In this document: piece after piece, positions 35,793 to 44,800 of the stretch | How positions within the stretch are numbered: position 1 is the first letter of the stretch | Layout of the letters: the number at the start of each line of letters is the position of its first letter | Assembly: GCA_964596985.1 (NCBI GenBank) | Contig: CAZQWG010000009.1 | Coordinates: 28,799-92,798 of the forward strand | From: an uncultured Candidatus Bathyarchaeia archaeon | GTDB taxonomy: Archaea > Thermoproteota > Bathyarchaeia > RBG-16-48-13 > GCA-020345945 | Length of the DNA stretch: 64,000 nt | Direction of reading: 5' to 3' | Translations under genes and position numbers: made by a program | The notes under the pieces: model-generated | What the model saw: the letters and a program-made list of their open reading frames with translations, nothing else | Database searches by the model: none | Told to the model about the DNA's origin: nothing

Positions 35793-35924
35793 AACACGGC
35801 GGGTTCCAAGCGAATCTCGTCTGGAAAGGAAAATTGAAACCTGACGATTGAGAGACTAAAAGGGAACCCCTATCTGGTTTGTCGACTTACGAACAGTACT
35901 GTACGGGATATCTGTCTCGGGTTA

Positions 35925-36719
35925 GTGTATCTATTGAAGGGATCTCTCTCGATAATCGGTCTAGGTCTCCACGATGAACAAGGCATCTCCTTGAGAGGTT
36001 TGTTTGAAGCAAGGAAAGCCGAGGTCGTCTACTTAGAATTCTACACCAGTCTGATGCCTGCATTCTCGAAGAGTTCTCTTGAGAGATTGATCGGCAAGAG
36101 GATAGTAGAAGTTTCGAGAAGCGACCTTGAGGAAGACTCCGAGACTGGAATCCTGAAGACTGCTCGTAAACGGAAGGTATGTCTACTCGTCCCTGGAGAC
36201 CCCTTTGTGGCTACGACACACATCTCTCTCAGGATATCCGCAGAGAAGGCTGGAATATCAACCCGGATTATCCACGCGGCCTCAATAGACTCTGCGATAC
36301 CTGGTGCCACAGGCCTTCAGAGCTACAAGTTCGGAAGATCGGTCAGCGTACCGTTCCCGCGAGGCGATGTTCTATCGGAGACTCCCTACGCCGTCATTAA
36401 GGAGAACAAGACTCGAGGATTACACACGCTAGTTCTTCCCGACATAGACCTAGATGCTTCCAGGCTGATGTCTATCCGTGAAGCATTATCCATCCTGTTG
36501 CAGCTGGAGAGGAAGTGTAAAGAACGGGTAGTGGAAGAGAAGACCTTAGCCGTCGGTATCGCACGGCTTGGATCCCTTGAACCAGAAGTCTACGCAGGCT
36601 CTATAGGCGAGTTGCTTCATCACGACTTCGGTTCTCCCCCCTACGTCATAGTTTTTCCAGGGAACCTGCATTTCCTGGAGGTAGAAGCCTTGAAAGTGCT
36701 AGCCCATCTTCGTGAATAG
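35925..36719 (+). CDS. dph5: Diphthine synthase
   Basis: LSIIGLGLHDEQGISLRG...VCLLVPGDPFVATTH is the tetrapyrrole-methylase fold of Dph5. The start could be TTG 35934. Confidence 0.85.
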   Translation: MYLLKGSLSIIGLGLHDEQGISLRGLFEARKAEVVYLEFYTSLMPAFSKSSLERLIGKRIVEVSRSDLEEDSETGILKTARKRKVCLLVPGDPFVATTHISLRISAEKAGISTRIIHAASIDSAIPGATGLQSYKFGRSVSVPFPRGDVLSETPYAVIKENKTRGLHTLVLPDIDLDASRLMSIREALSILLQLERKCKERVVEEKTLAVGIARLGSLEPEVYAGSIGELLHHDFGSPPYVIVFPGNLHFLEVEALKVLAHLRE

Positions 36720-36960
36720 ACACCGAGACCGGTTCTTGACATGAGAATATCTCGGGCTTCATGTTCGATGGATTCAACCGACGATGCGGAGAGAAACAAA
36801 CCACACCGGGTTTTCAGGTCCACAACTCATCTAGCGGTTATCGAAACTCTTTTGAGTCTCATCTATTATGCCGAACAAGACGACAAAGGTTCTTTGTCGC
36901 GCAGACACGGAATCCACCCTGGATGATTCCGGTCTACTTGATATATCGAGGTAACGCTGT

Positions 36961-37671
36961 TTGCCACTCTCTTCGGATACTCGGTTGGGCAAGCCTTACT
37001 CGGTGAAGCCTTATCTAAAGGCGCTCTTCCTGTCTCAGATCAAACAAGGTTTTGTGACCGTACCTGTACTCTCGGAGACCGTTGGAGAGTCCTGTGATTC
37101 CATCAAAGCAATGCTCTCAAGATTGATGGAAACGGGTCACGTGGTCGAGACTAAAGAGTCCCCTCACCTTGAGGGTGGCGGTAAGGGTGATTCGGCAGGA
37201 CCAACAGCAGCCGGTTTCTCGCTATCCGAGAAGGGTCGAAAGGAACTCGTTGTTGTGATGACCGGTGGCGTCTTCGATATTCTACACGTGGGTCACTTGG
37301 CTTCCTTCGAAGAGGCGAGAAGCTTCGGGGACCTCTTGGTGGTTGTCGTTGCCCGCGATACTACTGTGAAGAGATTAAAACAGCGATCTCCGATTAACAA
37401 TGAACTTCAACGGGTGAGGCTCCTCAACGCGTTGTCCGTGGTGGACTTGGCGGTCTTGGGGGACGAACACGATTCTCTTAACTCGATTGAGAGGATCGCC
37501 CCTGACATCATTGCTATAGGATATGATCAGAAACATGACGACGTAGAACTGAAGAGGAATCTAGATCTCCGTGGTTTACGTGCCGAAGTCATACGGCTCA
37601 AGTCCCATATCCCTGGGATAAAGTCGTCCAAGATACTTTCCAAGATCCAAGATTTCAATAGTCTTATCTGA
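36961..37671 (+). CDS. ribL: wHTH domain fused to FAD synthase RibL (FMN adenylyltransferase, cytidylyltransferase fold)
   Basis: The C-terminal ~140 aa (VVVMTGGVFDILHVGHLASFEEARSFGDLLVVVVARDTTVKRLK...PDIIAIGYDQ) look like archaeal RibL. The N-terminal ~95 aa look like a winged HTH (VPVLSETVGESCDSIKAMLSRLMETGHVVE...SEKGRKEL). The start is uncertain (GTG 37003 is possible). Confidence 0.72.
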   Translation: MPLSSDTRLGKPYSVKPYLKALFLSQIKQGFVTVPVLSETVGESCDSIKAMLSRLMETGHVVETKESPHLEGGGKGDSAGPTAAGFSLSEKGRKELVVVMTGGVFDILHVGHLASFEEARSFGDLLVVVVARDTTVKRLKQRSPINNELQRVRLLNALSVVDLAVLGDEHDSLNSIERIAPDIIAIGYDQKHDDVELKRNLDLRGLRAEVIRLKSHIPGIKSSKILSKIQDFNSLI

Positions 37672-38401
37672 ATTCCTTACTGTCTACGATTTTAGCATCG
37701 GGACTGATTAGAGCTGCATCAATTCTGTCTTTTCCAGTCGATATCTCTACCTTTACCGTGTCACCATCCTTGAGTCCTAGTTCCTCGCGCAGTTTCACTG
37801 GGGCCACGACTTCCAATATCGAAGGTGTGTAGTGTGTCCTATCGATAATGACGATTGCCCCCTTCACTTTCCCTTGGACTAGCGCGGTGAAACATTCTAC
37901 ATCACCATAAGTTCTCCTCCCATTTTCGAATCCTTTGACGGTTACCGAATCTGCGGTATTAAGTCTCTTTCTCTGATGGACAGAGGACTCTGATAGTCTG
38001 AGGTTCAGTGTTCCGGGATACGGTTCGAAGCCGAGTTTTGCCTTGAACTGTTCTCTGTATTCATCAAGACTCATGTAGTATGCTCCTTCCCCTACTCCTG
38101 AGACTACTTCTCCTTCGAGGATTATCGTCCTAGTCTTCTCTTCCTCTAGTACCGATTTGAGTCGAAAGTATGTCTCTTGGAGTTCTTCTCTTCCTTTCTC
38201 TGTTATCCGGATTGTTTCTCCTCTACTAGTGATCGTCCTCTCGATTGAACCAGATCTTTCCAACTCTTTCAGGTGTCGTGAGGCTGTTTGCTGGGAAGAC
38301 CTGATCTTAGATGCCAGTTCGGGTGTGGATGTCCTTATTGTCCCGTCTCCACCTTCATTTTCGGCGAGTTTGAGGAGTGTGAACCACAACGTGGCTTTCA
38401 T
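37664..38401 (-). CDS. rbkR: RbkR-type bifunctional wHTH regulator / CTP-dependent riboflavin kinase
   Basis: The N-terminal wHTH is TSTPELASKIRSSQQTASRHLKELERSGSIERT...TEKGREEL. The C-terminal archaeal riboflavin kinase fold is SGVGEGAYYMS...FEPYPGTLNLRL. Confidence 0.8.
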   Translation of the reverse strand: MKATLWFTLLKLAENEGGDGTIRTSTPELASKIRSSQQTASRHLKELERSGSIERTITSRGETIRITEKGREELQETYFRLKSVLEEEKTRTIILEGEVVSGVGEGAYYMSLDEYREQFKAKLGFEPYPGTLNLRLSESSVHQRKRLNTADSVTVKGFENGRRTYGDVECFTALVQGKVKGAIVIIDRTHYTPSILEVVAPVKLREELGLKDGDTVKVEISTGKDRIDAALISPDAKIVDSKEFR

Positions 38402-39114
38402 ATTCCCCTACTCCTTCTTGCTGTTCTGTCTTGGGTGGCGATATTATGTGCTCTTTGCAGTGGTTCAGGTAGACTAGAACCGCGAGTACAACATCTTGTT
38501 ATCTCCACAGCGTCCTGTAAAGAGATCAGGTTTCCGGCACTCACGTAGATAGGCTTAGACTTGAGGGATTCTATTGCAACGCCCACAATCTCATTATCCA
38601 TCACCACCATCTTGACACCACCCCTACTCTTCAATACAGCTCCGCTGAGCAGTCCTCTTGCAACCCCGATACTTCTGATCCCTAAGACAACCCCAATATG
38701 GCTGGCTAAGCCGAGTCTGAGCGGGTGAGCTAACCCATGCCCGTTGAACATGTAGACATCCGCCTTTCTTCTCAGTTTCGTCAGTACTCTTATGATTGGT
38801 TGGCATTCCCGGTAGGCAAGTAGCGTGGGAACATACGGGAATCTGATCGTGGAGACGGATCTCCGCACCTCTTCAACGGCAAAGTCGGGAAGCCTCATTA
38901 CGACTGTTGCGGAGAAGCAGAAGTCTCCCCAATACGCGACGTCCACGCCGGCGACCAGCCGGATCCCCTCGAGTCTGCTCTGAGTTGGAATCCTGATTCT
39001 CTTGGAGAGTAAGAATTGGGCTCTTCTTGCCTTTCTGACGGAGAACCCCTCTGGGACGCTGAGGGTGCGTGCAGTCTTCTCAGGGTACCCCCTGAACGTC
39101 GACGTCGGATTCAT
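38398..39114 (-). CDS. nfi: Endonuclease V
   Basis: VAGVDVAY and FPYVPTLLAYRECQP...NGHGLAHPLRLGLASHIGV. 4-nt overlap with rbkR. Confidence 0.87.
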   Translation of the reverse strand: MNPTSTFRGYPEKTARTLSVPEGFSVRKARRAQFLLSKRIRIPTQSRLEGIRLVAGVDVAYWGDFCFSATVVMRLPDFAVEEVRRSVSTIRFPYVPTLLAYRECQPIIRVLTKLRRKADVYMFNGHGLAHPLRLGLASHIGVVLGIRSIGVARGLLSGAVLKSRGGVKMVVMDNEIVGVAIESLKSKPIYVSAGNLISLQDAVEITRCCTRGSSLPEPLQRAHNIATQDRTARRSRGI

Positions 39115-39767
39115 CTTTTCTCCTTTTTCGATTGTCCCTTTTCCTCCAAGGTGCTTTGGAGCCTAACGAGCGATCTCTCGACCGATCTCCTTCTCGCCTC
39201 CATCGTCACGTCTCCCCGTGTTATCTCGATGAGTCTTCGCATGCTGTCATTCTTCTTCCTCAAACCCGGTGTTAAGGCTGGGGGGGTATCGATGGTCATT
39301 AGCGAGGTATGGATCTCTTCCATAGTCATGAGGGATCTCTCAGCAACCTCGAATTCTCCGGCTCTAATGGAGTCGAGTATCAACCTTCTCAACTCCCCTA
39401 TCACGTCAGCAAGCCCCAGAATATACGGGATATCCGGGACTCCGATACTCTTTGGGCTCGGTATCTGTTCGGATCGGACGTAGTTGAGGAGTATCTTGGC
39501 TTCGGCAAACTCCTGATACGCGATGTATACGGTGCCAGAATCTCCAAGTTCCTGCCATCTAGAGAGATGTTTCTCCATCTCTTCAAGCGAATTCTTTGCG
39601 TCTTCAAGCTTTTTTTCGGCTTCGACAAGGTTTTTCCTGTGAATCAACAGGATTGCCTGTCTTACAGTTCTGACAACGTTTCTTGAGGACTCGAAGACTC
39701 TCTCTCTTACCGCATCCTTGCTCTCCAGTTGTTCTCTAATCGGTCTCATAATATCTTCTAACGTCAT
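39111..39767 (-). CDS. Translin-family protein
   Basis: 218 aa, all-helical. IPYILGLADVIGELRRLILDSIRAG is a translin-like motif. 4-nt overlap with nfi. Confidence 0.65.
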   Translation of the reverse strand: MTLEDIMRPIREQLESKDAVRERVFESSRNVVRTVRQAILLIHRKNLVEAEKKLEDAKNSLEEMEKHLSRWQELGDSGTVYIAYQEFAEAKILLNYVRSEQIPSPKSIGVPDIPYILGLADVIGELRRLILDSIRAGEFEVAERSLMTMEEIHTSLMTIDTPPALTPGLRKKNDSMRRLIEITRGDVTMEARRRSVERSLVRLQSTLEEKGQSKKEKR

Positions 39768-39829
39768 TATACCTCACTTCCCTTTAGGTTCTGAAGGGAT
39801 CTCTCCGCTTCTTCAGGGATGCTTCAGCT

Positions 39830-40810
39830 CTATTCTACAATCCTCCTTGGCTCCTTGAGTTTTGAACTTGCGAGAACAACCTTGCTTTCTTCCGATTCTG
39901 CGATTGGCTGATACCCTGTGAGGGAACATAGTTCCCTAGCAAACTGTTGTATCTCTTCGTGTTTCGGCGTGTCCTCAAATCTTATTCGTCTTCTCGCATA
40001 GCCAACGTAGACTACTCCTTTGCATTCGAAGTAGAGTGGGTCGGCTATCTCTATGAGATCCGAATACGCTTCTGCATCTCTTATGTCGAGGTGTCTCGCC
40101 AGCGTCAGTCTCAAGACTACCGGGCACCCTAACGAGGGTACGAGCTCCAAGCTTCTGTTGAGTTGGGTCCAAGCATCCTTGGTGGTTGGTCTGCAGGTTT
40201 GTTGATATGTCTTTTTGTCTGGTGCTGCAAGAGTAACGTACAGCTGTGTCGGCAGTTCTTCCATGTTGGAGAGAGCCTCCGGCACTGTCCCGTTGGTGAC
40301 AAGGAATGTCGTGAACCCTCTTCTGTGGTATTCTCTCAGCAACTCTCCCAGCATCGGATATAATGTCGGTTCCCCTGCTAAAGATACTGCGACATGCTTC
40401 GGGTTGTCTGCCTCTCTATACCTCTCTCGACTTACCTTTGGGTGATTCTTGTATCCTACGAGTATCCTTCTCTGGGCTATAATAGAGCCCTCGACGATTC
40501 CTGCTGCCTCATCAAAACCGGTATTATCTGTCTCGTTCCATCGGACCCCTAGGTCTTCGAGGGGGTGTACTCTCCAACAGAAGGCGCAGGCACAGTTGCA
40601 GCCCAGCCAAGGCGTCATCTGGATGCATTGTAGACTCTTGATCCCAAAGAACTTCTCTTTGTAGCACGTTCGGCCCCTTACGAGGCTTTCATGGAGCCAT
40701 CTGCATTTCTTCACCGCCGAGTGGCGTCCGACCAATTGGTATTTCTGTCTTCTTAATACACTATGCAATTGATCGGGTAAAATCGCCTTATCCTGCATTC
40801 CCTGTAGCAC
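39830..40810 (-). CDS. taw1: 4-demethylwyosine synthase Taw1 (TYW1-like radical SAM)
   Basis: Radical SAM cluster CNCACAFCWR in the context QMTPWLGCNCACAFC, then SLAGEPTLYP. An extra N-terminal Cys region is present. Confidence 0.8.
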   Translation of the reverse strand: MLQGMQDKAILPDQLHSVLRRQKYQLVGRHSAVKKCRWLHESLVRGRTCYKEKFFGIKSLQCIQMTPWLGCNCACAFCWRVHPLEDLGVRWNETDNTGFDEAAGIVEGSIIAQRRILVGYKNHPKVSRERYREADNPKHVAVSLAGEPTLYPMLGELLREYHRRGFTTFLVTNGTVPEALSNMEELPTQLYVTLAAPDKKTYQQTCRPTTKDAWTQLNRSLELVPSLGCPVVLRLTLARHLDIRDAEAYSDLIEIADPLYFECKGVVYVGYARRRIRFEDTPKHEEIQQFARELCSLTGYQPIAESEESKVVLASSKLKEPRRIVE

Positions 40811-40893
40811 TTGTTCTCTCCCTCAGGATTCGACTGGGAGGAATGCATCTGTGTATTGGAGAACGTAAACAGCAGGGAAACAGTAGTTGCTCC

Positions 40894-41487
40894 CTACTCC
40901 AGTCCGAGGGTTTTCTCTTCTATCCCCTTCCTGTTCACGATCAGAATGTCTATCCCATTTCCGCTGAAGGCATCTCTCGATATGGCGGATTTAACCGTTC
41001 TAACCGCCAGCTCCTCCCCTTCCTTGACGGTGATGTCGGGCTTGTACTCGGACTCGAGTATTCCAATGGCTATCTCCGCACCTGATCCTATTGCAGCGTA
41101 CTTGTCCTCCATTAGGGAGCCGACAGGGTCTAGAACGTAGATCTTCGGCTCATCGTCTATGCCTCCAACAATCGTCTGTGTTATGTACGGGTAGAATCTT
41201 CTTCCAAAGAGAAGGTTCGCTGTAGCCTTTGCTGCTGCCTTAACGCGCATCGGTCGACCGGTGTCAAACTTGTATATTTTTGCGTGGGCGGCAATCTGTT
41301 TCGTCAATACTTGCATGTCGGAAATCAGTCCTGCGCAGGCTGCTCCTATTCTGTCCGTGATCGCGAAAACCTTCTTCGCGGTCTTACTCAACACCATATT
41401 TCCATAAGCAACCCGTTTCTCTGAGGCCAGAACTACCCCGTCCGAGCATACCAAACCGACAGTTGTGGCACCATGAAGGTATGACAT
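40894..41487 (-). CDS. psmB: Proteasome subunit beta (copy 1)
   Basis: The short propeptide MSYLHGA is followed by the catalytic TTVGLVCSDGVVLASEKR and later GSGAEIAIGILE. Confidence 0.9.
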   Translation of the reverse strand: MSYLHGATTVGLVCSDGVVLASEKRVAYGNMVLSKTAKKVFAITDRIGAACAGLISDMQVLTKQIAAHAKIYKFDTGRPMRVKAAAKATANLLFGRRFYPYITQTIVGGIDDEPKIYVLDPVGSLMEDKYAAIGSGAEIAIGILESEYKPDITVKEGEELAVRTVKSAISRDAFSGNGIDILIVNRKGIEEKTLGLE

Positions 41488-41561
41488 TTCTTTAGCCTCC
41501 GACAGTACATCCAGCTTTTAATCATCTCTAACTCCAAGCGATTATTAAGTCTTCACGAAGA

Positions 41562-41837
41562 ATGGCTTTGACGGTAGTGGGGTTCTTGCTTCTTAGGGAT
41601 CTGCTGAACAAGATCATTTGGGACCCCCGTGAAGACCGTGGGAACTACGAGGTTACGTTCATACATCGTGGTGTTCCCGGGGATGTCAAGAGAATCTCGA
41701 TGTCTGACATCACGGATGTGAAGAAATCGTGGTTTATTTACCTGAACTCAGGCTCTGAACAACCTATTCCCCTGCACCGGGTCCTGTATGTAACCGATTG
41801 TAGAACGGGGGAAATCATCTGGTCGAAGTCTTCTTGA
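41562..41837 (+). CDS. UPF0248 (DUF504) family protein
   Basis: 91 aa. LRDLLNKIIWDPRE...YEVTFIHRG...IPLHRVLYV matches the family pattern as I recall it. Confidence 0.6.
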   Translation: MALTVVGFLLLRDLLNKIIWDPREDRGNYEVTFIHRGVPGDVKRISMSDITDVKKSWFIYLNSGSEQPIPLHRVLYVTDCRTGEIIWSKSS

Positions 41838-41921
41838 GCCCTCAGAATCCTGTGCGCGCGATTAAGAATGGCTCTGGGAAACTGTCTTATGAGGTAAGTG
41901 CTACAAGAATAGGTAACTGCG

Positions 41922-42482
41922 TTGAGGCAATTGGTCTTGGCTAAGAGTAAACGTGGGCTTTTCGTCGGTCGGTTTCAGCCCCTCCATTATGGGCATATTG
42001 AGGTCATCAAGAAGATTCTGAAAGAGAACGATGAAATCGTCATCGTAGTCGGTAGCGCCCAGTCTAGCCACAGCTTGAATAATCCCTTCACGGTCGGAGA
42101 ACGAATACTCATGCTGAGGTCCGCACTCAAAGGGGAGAAGATCGATCTTGCCCGGTGCTACATAGTGCCGATACCGGACGCTGAGATGCATGCCGTATGG
42201 ACTGCAAAGCTAATCGCCTACTGCCCGCCGTTCGATGTCGTCTACTCTAATGAACCGCTGACCCGGAGGCTCTTCGAGGAGATGGGTTTCTCACTAGGAT
42301 CGATTCCTCTCTTTCGTCGCGATCTCTATGATGCAACAGAGATCCGCCGGAGAATGGTGAACGATGAGGAATGGAAGCCGCTCCTTCCTCCCTGCATCGC
42401 CGAACTGGTAGAGAAGTTCGACGGAGTCGGTAGACTGAAAACACTTTCTCAAAGCGATAAAGATGGTGGATCAGATGCTTGA
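41922..42482 (+). CDS. nadM: Nicotinamide-nucleotide adenylyltransferase, archaeal type
   Basis: RGLFVGRFQPLHYGHIEVIKKIL...IVVGSAQSSHSLNNPFTVGER. Confidence 0.87.
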   Translation: MRQLVLAKSKRGLFVGRFQPLHYGHIEVIKKILKENDEIVIVVGSAQSSHSLNNPFTVGERILMLRSALKGEKIDLARCYIVPIPDAEMHAVWTAKLIAYCPPFDVVYSNEPLTRRLFEEMGFSLGSIPLFRRDLYDATEIRRRMVNDEEWKPLLPPCIAELVEKFDGVGRLKTLSQSDKDGGSDA

Positions 42483-43271
42483 GACCCTGATCTTATCTCC
42501 TCTCCCGGCACCAGTGTGTTCGGATGCATCTCCCTGATTGACAGAGATCTCCATAAGTCCTGTTCCGCCCACGGTGGCAAGCAGCTCCCCCTGTTTCCCA
42601 TGCCCATATGTGGGTCGAACATTGATCATCCATTTCTTATCTCGGGCCTCGATCATTATTGTGTCCTTGGCGTCGATCTCCTTTAGGGTTTTCATCCCTA
42701 TGTTTGTAATCAGGTTTCCAAAGCTATCTTGATGAATGATCTGACCCATGATTGACCCGTCTTCGATGGTAGGTTTTGGCAGTTGAAGTCTTACAAAGTC
42801 TTCAACCCTTGGTCCGATCTTCTCGAATTCTCCCCCTATCGCTAGATAGGCGGCTACAGGAGCGAAGACATCTCTTCCATGGAATGTCCTTGAAACTCTA
42901 TCAAGCGCCATACTGTCCTCGGAGATACTTCTAACCTCAAGCATCTCCGTCTTCAAGGCTGCGGGAACAAGTAGACCGTTATCTGGACCCACAAAGTAGC
43001 CTGTGCTTGATATTATAGCGATGCCGCGTCTTTCGGTTCCCACTCCAGGGTCGACGACTGCCAGGTGTATTGTGCGGTCCGGGAAATAATCCACGACCGA
43101 TGCCAGAGTAAACGCACCGGCAATAATGTCATGCCTTTTAACTAGATGACTGATGTCTACGATTTGGACTTGAGGGGAGACAGACAGTATGACCCCCTTC
43201 ATTGAAGCCACATAACTATCGGAAAGTCCGAAATCCGACAACATCGTGATTACTTTAGGTTTAATTCCCAT
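42471..43271 (-). CDS. S-adenosyl-L-methionine hydrolase (DUF62 / SAM hydroxide adenosyltransferase family)
   Basis: ITMLSDFGLSDSYVASMKGVILS and HLAVVDPGVGTERRG...VGPDNGLL. Confidence 0.8.
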   Translation of the reverse strand: MGIKPKVITMLSDFGLSDSYVASMKGVILSVSPQVQIVDISHLVKRHDIIAGAFTLASVVDYFPDRTIHLAVVDPGVGTERRGIAIISSTGYFVGPDNGLLVPAALKTEMLEVRSISEDSMALDRVSRTFHGRDVFAPVAAYLAIGGEFEKIGPRVEDFVRLQLPKPTIEDGSIMGQIIHQDSFGNLITNIGMKTLKEIDAKDTIMIEARDKKWMINVRPTYGHGKQGELLATVGGTGLMEISVNQGDASEHTGAGRGDKIRVSSI

Positions 43272-43530
43272 AATGTTTCCATACTCCTTTTTACCTCTCG
43301 TAGTTCGTGACTTGGGTTAGGGGAGGTGTTAGAGAACTCTTGGAATACGAGTGCATCCCTCTTGTTAGCTGTAGTCTCTGGTGTCGCGGTCTGGATCGGA
43401 AAGATCATTGTGGGGTTGTACCTTTCTTGGATCGACTATTCTCTACCTTGGTCCACCCCGTCACCGGACGAACTTGTTAATCTCTTCAAGTCGGAGAACT
43501 TGATCCAGCTGAAGAGTACACCTGGGTAGA

Positions 43531-44310
43531 TCAAACGGCTTTTTCTTGTTCGAAGGTTATCCATAGGTCTTCCTCTTTTTCGCCTCTCCACCCGAGTTTG
43601 AAGTCTCCGCTTCCAATGTAGTTGATCTCGCCTTTTTCGACTGTGAATGGTCTGTCGTGGCCTGGATAGATTGTGTCAGGGTTCAGGCTTTTTATCTTAA
43701 GGATACTCTTCCTTGCCTCGTCCTCACTGTAGAATACATAGTCTGGGAGTTCTCTATGGTATGACCGGGCACTGGGCAATGCGTCTTGGGCAAACAGCGA
43801 TGTCCTCTCGTCTTCTGATACCAGCAAGGAGACATGTCCGATTGTGTGACCTATGGTTTCAATGATCTTGACGTCTTTCGTGAGATTGGTTTCATCAGAG
43901 ATCGTATTTACGTCCATCTCTCTCAATATGTCTGGCAAGAAGGTGGGGGTCGCCCAATCATCATCTTTCGGATCCTTGGCGTAGTTGAATTCGTCTTTGT
44001 GAATCAAGACGCGTGAGTCGGCGAACAGATCTATATTCAGTACGTGATCCCAATTGGAATGGGATAGCACAACGGTATCAATGTCTCTGGGTCTGATCCC
44101 CCTCTTTTCGAAGGCTTCAAGAAGGATTCTCCGGGTTCCATAGTGTCCCGTATCAAACAGGATTCTAGTCCCGTCTTCTATGAGTGCGACAGTACACAAG
44201 CCGAGAGAGCCGACGTTCGTACGTACGGGAAGACCTTGGATCAAGATATCAACACTAGTCAGGGATATTTCCTCCTGCGGTGAACTGGAGAACAATAGAA
44301 AGATAACCAT
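43531..44310 (-). CDS. Metallo-beta-lactamase-fold hydrolase
   Basis: VLSHSNWDHVLN is a variant of HxHxDH. Later come IETIGHTIGHVS and YPGHD. Confidence 0.7.
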   Translation of the reverse strand: MVIFLLFSSSPQEEISLTSVDILIQGLPVRTNVGSLGLCTVALIEDGTRILFDTGHYGTRRILLEAFEKRGIRPRDIDTVVLSHSNWDHVLNIDLFADSRVLIHKDEFNYAKDPKDDDWATPTFLPDILREMDVNTISDETNLTKDVKIIETIGHTIGHVSLLVSEDERTSLFAQDALPSARSYHRELPDYVFYSEDEARKSILKIKSLNPDTIYPGHDRPFTVEKGEINYIGSGDFKLGWRGEKEEDLWITFEQEKAV

Positions 44311-44800
44311 TGTCTCCAGCCGAACGTTTCAATATCTTAACGTTCCGACACTAGTTATGACGTGCACCACTCAAAGTGTACTGCTTGCTTGAACGGCAAT
44401 ATCCTAGCAGAACTTAGGGGTTTGGCGAAATTCCTTGGGAAAGTCAGCCTGAAGATCCTGTGACTTCCTGAGCATATGTTATCTTTCGCCAGTACGGCGA
44501 GCTGGTGTGCCCCCGTCCTCCTATCCAATCTCACAAAACCACTCAAAGAATAGCTGGCTACAGGAATCAGATCAGTACTCACCGTATATGTTTGAAACAT
44601 GCACTAGCATTTCTTCACGGAGATCTTTCCAGATCTTTGATGTGGTGCCAGCCTGTCGAGTTTCAAAGTGGCTTTTCGATAATAATCCGCTGAATGAATA
44701 CCTTAATGAACCGAGGTTATCCGTCGAAACGTAACAGGAGAGCACTGCGAACATAAGAGATATCTGGTCTCACCCTAAAGGGTTAACTGCCGTGGTTAGG

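Noticed and set aside
44311-44791. A 480-nt non-coding stretch inspected for a structured RNA (SRP RNA, RNase P RNA) or a small gene
   Set aside because: I could not find conserved SRP or RNase P motifs or extended GC-rich helices. The four small ORFs overlap each other and look random. It is best read as a long divergent promoter region.
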